Shown: positions 59,244-64,000 of the stretch, piece by piece | How positions within the stretch are numbered: position 1 is the stretch's first letter | How the letters are laid out: the number at the start of each line of letters is the position of its first letter | NCBI GenBank assembly: GCA_965368975.1 | Contig: CBDUPA010000004.1 | Coordinates: 192,001-256,000, forward strand | Length of the DNA stretch: 64,000 nt | From: an uncultured bacterium | Lineage (GTDB): Bacteria; Acidobacteriota; Thermoanaerobaculia; Multivoradales; JAHZIX01 | Direction of reading: 5' to 3' | Notes under the pieces: generated by a model | What the model was told of the DNA's origin: nothing | The model's input: only the letters and a program-made list of their open reading frames with translations | Databases searched by the model: none | Position numbers and translations under genes: made by a program

Positions 59244-61727
59244 CTACTCTTGCCGTAATGTGATCGATGGCTCGATGCGGATGGCACGGAGCGCCGGCAC
59301 GAGGCTGGCAGCCAGGGTGATCAGGAGCAGCACCGAGATACCGGCACCCAGCAGCATCGGGTCGAGCAGGCTCTCGGTGGAGATCGGCAGCGGCGAACGC
59401 TCGAGCAGGCGCTGGATATCCGAGCTACCCAGCGTGGCACCAGCGAAGGTGAGGCCGATGATGATGCCGATGCCGGCCAGCGTCAGGGCTCGACCGACGA
59501 CCAGCTTGAGAATCCTGCCGGTGTCCGCGCCCATCGCCATGCGGATGCCGATCTCGCGCGTGCGTTGCGTCACGGTGTAGGAAATGACGCCGTAGATACC
59601 GATCGCCGCCAGCAGCACCGCCAGGCAGGCGAACAAGGTCATCAGCAGCACGAGGAAGCGGTCGCTGGCCACCTGCTCATCGAGGCGGTCGCTCATCGTG
59701 CGGGCATCGAACAACGGCAAGTCAGGGGCGATGGAGCGCAGTGCCTCGCGTAGAGGTGCCTGCAGCTGTAGAGCGTCGCGGTTGCCTTCCGGCCGCGCCA
59801 GGATGTTGATCTGAGGCGGCGTGTTGGGCGGGAACTGGAACATGGCGATGTAGAGATCGGGTGCCGGGCGCTCATCGCCGCGGAAACCCTCGTGGCGGAC
59901 GTGGCCGACGATGCCTTCGACCGACATCCAGGGGGCCCCTGACTCGGGGCCGCCGAACTTCAGGCGCTTTCCCCTGGCGTTGTCGTTGGGCCACAGCAGC
60001 TTGGCCAGTCGATCGCTGATCACGACCGGTGGCTGCGGTGACGGGCCGGCGTCCTCGGGCAGGAAGTCGCGACCCTCGATCTTCTTGATACCCAGAGTCG
60101 AGAAGTAGCCCGGTGTGACCGTGTGGTAGGGGATCTCGATCGGCCCGTTCTCTTCTTGCCCCTCGATGGTGAACTGCGAGCTGTTCCATGGGTCGGTCGG
60201 CATGTCCGGGCCGGTCAGTGCCAGTTCGCTGATGCCCGGAACCTGGTTCAGCTCTTGTGCCAGTCGCTGCGCCAGTTCGACGCGGGCTGGCGGTGCCTCG
60301 TACTTCTTTGCCTTGACGTCGACGCGAGCGGTGAACAGGTTGTTTGGCTGGAACCCGAGATCGGTGTTGCGCAGTTCCTGAAAACTCTTGAACAGCAGTC
60401 CGGCACCCAGGCACAGCAGCAACGCCAGGACTACCTGGGTCACGACCAGGCCGTTCTGTAGCAGATGCTGCCCCGAGCCGCCGGAACTCTTGGTGCCTTC
60501 CTTGAGTACCTCTTGTAGGTTGGCGCGCGACGACAGCAGTGCCGGTACCAGGCCGAAGCCGATGCCGCACAGCAGTGCGATACCGATGATCACCAGGATC
60601 ACCAGGCGGTCGGTCGACGGATCCATGAAGCCTCGCAGGTCGACGTCACTGAGTGCCACCAGGCGGGAGGTCAGCAGCGTGCTCAGCACGAGGCCGAGGA
60701 CACAGCCCACGATCGACAGCAAGACGCTCTCGGTGAGCAGCTGGCGGATCAGGCGTCCGCGGCCGGCACCCACCGCGGCGCGCAGGGCGATCTCGCGCTG
60801 GCGGGCGGTGGCGCGGGCCAGCAGCAGGTTGGCGATGTTGGTGCAGGCGATCAGCAGTACCAGTCCGGCACCCGCCAACAAGGTCCAGAGAGCGCCGCGC
60901 AGGCCGCCGCGCCAGCTGTCTGACAGCGGATCCAGCTCGACACCGATGCCGGTGTTGAACTGCGGGTGTTGCTCGGATAGCGCGTGCGTCACGGAGTCCA
61001 TGTTGGCCTGTGCTTGCGCCAGACTGACGCCGTCCTTCATGCGAGCGACGGCATTGAGCCAGCGAAACGGCCGCAGGGTGATGTAGGGCTCCATGTACAT
61101 GTGCGCCGCGAGCGTCACCGGCAGGAAAATCTGGGCGCCGTCGGTCATGCCCTTGAAGCCGGGCGGCATCACGCCGATCACCTGATAGCTCTCGTCTTCG
61201 AGGATCAATGTGTTGTTGATCAGATCCTCGTCGCCGCCGAAGCGACTCTGCCAGAAGTCGTGGGACAAGATCATGACCCGGTGCGGGCCGGGCATGGTGT
61301 CCTCTTCCGCGGTGAACAGGCGTCCGCGAGCCGGCTGCACGCCGAGTAGCTGGAAGAGGTTCCAGCTACTCATCTCGCCCTGGATGCGCTCCGGCTCGCC
61401 ATCGGTGACCAGGGTGTAGGAGCGCAGCTGAGTGTGCACGGCCACTTCGTCGAAGACGTCGTTCTGCAGCTGCCAGTCAGTGAAGTCCAGATGGCCGATC
61501 GGCCAGTCCTGGACCTCGGGACCATCAGTCTTGACGCTACGCACGATCACCAGCTCTTCAGCCTCCGGATACGGCAAGGAGGACAGCAGGACGGCGTTGA
61601 CGACGCTGAAGATGGAGCTGGTAGCACCGATGCCCAGTGCCAGCGTGAAGATCGCCACCAGCGTGAAGCCGGGCGTCTTGAGCATCGAGCGGAGGCCGAA
61701 GCGAATGTCTTGCAGCAGAGTTTCCAT
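59244..61727 (-). CDS. Duplicated MacB/FtsX-type ABC permease (ADOP, acidobacterial duplicated orphan permease family)
   Basis: METLLQDIRFGLRSMLKTPGFTLVAIFTLALGIGA, LLIACTNIANLLLARATARQREIALRAAVGA, GIYGVISYTVTQRTREIGIRMAMGA. No ATPase gene is adjacent. Confidence 0.92.
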   Translation of the reverse strand: METLLQDIRFGLRSMLKTPGFTLVAIFTLALGIGATSSIFSVVNAVLLSSLPYPEAEELVIVRSVKTDGPEVQDWPIGHLDFTDWQLQNDVFDEVAVHTQLRSYTLVTDGEPERIQGEMSSWNLFQLLGVQPARGRLFTAEEDTMPGPHRVMILSHDFWQSRFGGDEDLINNTLILEDESYQVIGVMPPGFKGMTDGAQIFLPVTLAAHMYMEPYITLRPFRWLNAVARMKDGVSLAQAQANMDSVTHALSEQHPQFNTGIGVELDPLSDSWRGGLRGALWTLLAGAGLVLLIACTNIANLLLARATARQREIALRAAVGAGRGRLIRQLLTESVLLSIVGCVLGLVLSTLLTSRLVALSDVDLRGFMDPSTDRLVILVIIGIALLCGIGFGLVPALLSSRANLQEVLKEGTKSSGGSGQHLLQNGLVVTQVVLALLLCLGAGLLFKSFQELRNTDLGFQPNNLFTARVDVKAKKYEAPPARVELAQRLAQELNQVPGISELALTGPDMPTDPWNSSQFTIEGQEENGPIEIPYHTVTPGYFSTLGIKKIEGRDFLPEDAGPSPQPPVVISDRLAKLLWPNDNARGKRLKFGGPESGAPWMSVEGIVGHVRHEGFRGDERPAPDLYIAMFQFPPNTPPQINILARPEGNRDALQLQAPLREALRSIAPDLPLFDARTMSDRLDEQVASDRFLVLLMTLFACLAVLLAAIGIYGVISYTVTQRTREIGIRMAMGADTGRILKLVVGRALTLAGIGIIIGLTFAGATLGSSDIQRLLERSPLPISTESLLDPMLLGAGISVLLLITLAASLVPALRAIRIEPSITLRQE

Positions 61728-62197
61728 CAAGCGCCTCCCTTACCGAACAAACCCGCGAGTCCCATCTTGATCAAGCCCCAAGGTGTTGGCTGCGGCGGCG
61801 GATCGACCGGGCAGAACCAGTCGCGGTGGAACTTCCAGCGCCCGTCTTCCTTCTTGACCACCAGCAGATACTTGCCGCTCATCGTGGCGACAGGGTTGCC
61901 GCCGCCGTCGAGGATCGTCTGGTGAAAGGTACCGCGCATAAAGCCCCAGTCGCCAGCTACCTCGACCTCCTCGACCTCTGTCTTCAGGGTCGACCGCATC
62001 TGCTGGAAGACGGCGCCGTAGTGGGCTTCGATGGTGCCGCGGCCGACGGTGGGTGGCCGGAACGGGCCCATCAAGATCGCATCCTCGGTGTACTGCGAAG
62101 CCAGGGCCGTGGCGTCGCTGTTGGCGAAGGCCTCGGCGATCCGGTCTTCGATGGCGGCGATCTCTCTCTTGTCTTCAGTGTCGAGAATCTCGGACAT
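61727..62197 (-). CDS. NTF2/SnoaL-like (YbhH/YybH, DUF4440-type) protein
   Basis: AFANSDATALASQYTEDAILM, VAGDWGF, GKYLLVVKKEDGRWK; SD GAGGAGG. TGATG overlap with the permease. Confidence 0.85.
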   Translation of the reverse strand: MSEILDTEDKREIAAIEDRIAEAFANSDATALASQYTEDAILMGPFRPPTVGRGTIEAHYGAVFQQMRSTLKTEVEEVEVAGDWGFMRGTFHQTILDGGGNPVATMSGKYLLVVKKEDGRWKFHRDWFCPVDPPPQPTPWGLIKMGLAGLFGKGGA

Positions 62198-62271
62198 GGG
62201 CAAGGCCTCCTCGGAAATACAGACGATCAGTCGGGACGAACGGAACCCGTAGAATCCATGCAGTCGGCCGC

Positions 62272-62310
62272 ATTATACTCAGTGCCACCGCACTGAGTAC
62301 CGCACTGAGT
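62272..62310 (-). promoter_or_regulatory. Promoter/operator candidate for the SnoaL-ADOP operon
   Basis: Minus-strand TATAAT (62272-62277); inverted repeat TACTCAGTGC-cacc-GCACTGAGTA (62276-62299); 12-bp direct repeat ACCGCACTGAGT x2 (62287-62310). Confidence 0.55.
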
Positions 62311-62352
62311 GCAGCACTTGGCCCTTGGTGGGCTGTAGCACTGGTGTCCGCT

Positions 62353-62384
62353 TCTGAACAGCGCGATCTGAACAGCGCGATCTG
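62353..62384. repeat. 14-bp tandem repeat TCTGAACAGCGCGA x2.3
   Basis: Read directly from the sequence, upstream of the YpfJ-like gene. Confidence 0.85.
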
Positions 62385-62411
62385 GCGGGCTGGGCACCGA
62401 AGGAGAGACCT

Positions 62412-63287
62412 ATGCGCTGGAGAGGCCGCCGTGTGAGCGCCAACGTCGAAGACCGCCGTAGCCGTGGAGGCCGGCGTCCTGGGCGCCGCGTCGCCGCTGG
62501 GGGATGTGGCACGATTGTGTTGGTCTTGGTGATCTCGATGCTCACGGGTACCGATCCGCTGCAGCTGCTGCAGCTGGTGGGCACACAGGGGCCGGAGCCG
62601 GCCGCACCGGGAGCGTCCGCGCCGTCGCTGGATCAGGCGCGACAGGACGAGCTGGCACAGTTCGTCGGTGTCGTCTTGGCGGACACCGAAGACACCTGGG
62701 GCCGCGTGTTCCCCGAGCTCCTCGGGCGGCAGTACCAGCAACCGCAGCTGGTCCTGTTCACGGGTCAGGTGCGCTCTGCGTGTGGCATGAGTTCGGCCGC
62801 GGTGGGTCCTTTCTACTGTCCAGGTGACCGCAAGGTCTACATCGACCTGAGCTTCTTCGATGACCTCGACCGCCGCTTCGGTGCTCCCGGCGATTTCGCC
62901 CAGGCCTATGTCGTCGCCCACGAGGTCGGTCACCACCTGCAGACCCTGCTCGGGATCTCGCAGCAAGTCCGGCAGCAGCAGCAGCGCATGTCGCAGGCAC
63001 AGGCCAATCAGCTCAGCGTGCGCCTGGAACTGCAGGCCGACTGCCTTGCCGGCGTCTGGGGCCACCACGCCAATCGCCGCAACCTGCTCGAAGAGGGCGA
63101 CGTCCAGGAAGGCATGGCCGCCGCTGCCGCCATCGGCGATGACCGCCTGCAGCGTCAGAGCGGCGGTTGGGTGCAGCCCGAGTCCTGGACCCACGGCTCG
63201 TCCGAGCAGCGCCAGCGCTGGCTGCGCCTGGGCCTGCAGACCGGAGACCCGAACCGCTGCGACACCTTCCAGACGGATCGGTTGTAG
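62412..63287 (+). CDS. Neutral zinc metallopeptidase, YpfJ family
   Basis: MRWRGRRVSANVEDRR, GPFYCPGD, GDFAQAYVVAHEVGHH (HExxH), LELQADC, IGDD.LQ, THGSSEQR. Confidence 0.93.
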   Translation: MRWRGRRVSANVEDRRSRGGRRPGRRVAAGGCGTIVLVLVISMLTGTDPLQLLQLVGTQGPEPAAPGASAPSLDQARQDELAQFVGVVLADTEDTWGRVFPELLGRQYQQPQLVLFTGQVRSACGMSSAAVGPFYCPGDRKVYIDLSFFDDLDRRFGAPGDFAQAYVVAHEVGHHLQTLLGISQQVRQQQQRMSQAQANQLSVRLELQADCLAGVWGHHANRRNLLEEGDVQEGMAAAAAIGDDRLQRQSGGWVQPESWTHGSSEQRQRWLRLGLQTGDPNRCDTFQTDRL

Positions 63288-63317
63288 GTTCTCGTCACAG
63301 CCTGGAGGTCGATTCTG

Positions 63318-63356
63318 ACCATGCAGATTGCAAGTTGAGCTTGCAATCTGCATGGT
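63318..63356. terminator. Perfect 17-bp-arm inverted repeat between convergent genes (probable bidirectional terminator)
   Basis: ACCATGCAGATTGCAAG-ttgag-CTTGCAATCTGCATGGT. Confidence 0.75.
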
Positions 63357-63366
63357 TGAGGGGTTG

Positions 63367-64000
63367 CTACCTAGTCCCCTGACCCGCCGCCCAGAACTCC
63401 AGGAACTCGATCAGCGCCTGCGGCGTGTTGGTCGCCGGGCCGTTGCCGTCCTGGGCCTTGTCATTGACACCGTGGCAACCGTCGCAGCCGCGGATCTCGC
63501 CGGGTTGGAAGGTCAGCCAGTAGCGCTCGCGCACCACCGGTTCACCGTCCGGGGCGGTGAGCTGCCAGCTGACGGCGCGGCGGGCTGGGACGAGCGCGGC
63601 GGCGGAACCATCGGCGGCGACATGGACGCTGGCTTGGGGGCCGGCGGGGTTGGCGGGGTTGCCGCCGGCGGCGATGTGCATGTGCCGGGCGAGCACACGG
63701 CGGCCGGGTTCCGGGTCGTCGACACCGCCGATGCCCCGGACCTGGTCCCCTTGGAAGAACTGTAGGTGCGCGACGTCGTAGATCTTGCCACCACTCCCGA
63801 GCGTCTGGACGCCACCGGGGACGCGCAGGTTGTACGGCTGCTGTTCGTCGGCATCGTCACGGCGGGTGACGTCGCGCACGGAGATCAAGGCCAGGCCGCG
63901 CTGGCGCAGGTCCTCGGCGACCGCCAGTGGATCGACGCCGGCAGCTTCGAAGGCGGCGCGCTCGGGGGCTTCCAGGTGCGGAATCGCTCGTGCCGACGAC
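63367..64000 (-). CDS. C-terminal part of a protein with a hydrazine-synthase-alpha-middle-domain-like region and one CxxCH motif; 5' end outside the window
   Basis: The frame stays open to the window edge. VAADGSAAALVPARRAVSWQL..PDGEPVVRERYWLTFQPGEIRGCDGCHG. Confidence 0.75.
   Translation of the reverse strand, partial: SSARAIPHLEAPERAAFEAAGVDPLAVAEDLRQRGLALISVRDVTRRDDADEQQPYNLRVPGGVQTLGSGGKIYDVAHLQFFQGDQVRGIGGVDDPEPGRRVLARHMHIAAGGNPANPAGPQASVHVAADGSAAALVPARRAVSWQLTAPDGEPVVRERYWLTFQPGEIRGCDGCHGVNDKAQDGNGPATNTPQALIEFLEFWAAGQGTR

Noticed and set aside
62276-62384. Clustered short repeats considered as a mini-CRISPR or iteron array
   Set aside because: Units are 12-14 bp, directly adjacent without spacers, present in only two copies each, and no cas or rep gene is nearby.
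63318-63356. Long inverted repeat as a MITE or REP element
   Set aside because: Single copy in the window, no target-site duplication seen, and its position between convergent genes fits a terminator.
63367-64000. Evidence for anammox metabolism
   Set aside because: Only a partial domain resemblance; no hzsB/hzsC or hydrazine dehydrogenase genes in the window.

Overview
High-GC bacterial chromosomal segment (roughly two-thirds G+C by eye). An Acidobacteriota origin is plausible from the orphan duplicated ABC permease and the gene content, but this is inference only. I count about 44 protein-coding genes and saw no rRNA, tRNA, CRISPR array, transposase or integrase. In order: pilC (truncated)/pilT; ABC exporter; pgi; a TCA cluster icd-mdh-[membrane PP2C/SpoIIE phosphatase]-sucC-sucD-[peptidase-S51-like]-ndk; YbdK-type ligase; a SAM-I riboswitch ahead of metX-metB; a Cys/His/Pro-rich leader ORF plus cusCBA; NhaP; Uma2; SplB-like radical SAM divergent from mutM-udk; a two-permease RND system; rhomboid; a REC-'TrxB'/Kef-ZnF-UBP/cNMP-histidine kinase/NCS2 operon; Ser/Thr kinase, TPR-like protein, OmpA lipoprotein and rtcB; an AT-rich island followed by an 805-aa ECF sigma-TPR fusion; truD; an orphan antitoxin-like ORF; SnoaL-ADOP permease; YpfJ-type peptidase; and a truncated CxxCH protein. 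The best candidates for undescribed biology are (1) the two-component operon linking a CxxC-less TrxB-like flavoprotein to a Kef-type transporter with a fused UBP zinc finger, (2) a probable metal-sensing leader peptide whose downstream intergenic RNA can sequester the cusC Shine-Dalgarno, (3) the sigma-TPR fusion behind the AT-rich island, and (4) the kinase-TPR-OmpA-RtcB cluster. Many genes look leaderless. All family calls come from motifs recognised by eye; no database searches or folding programs were run.
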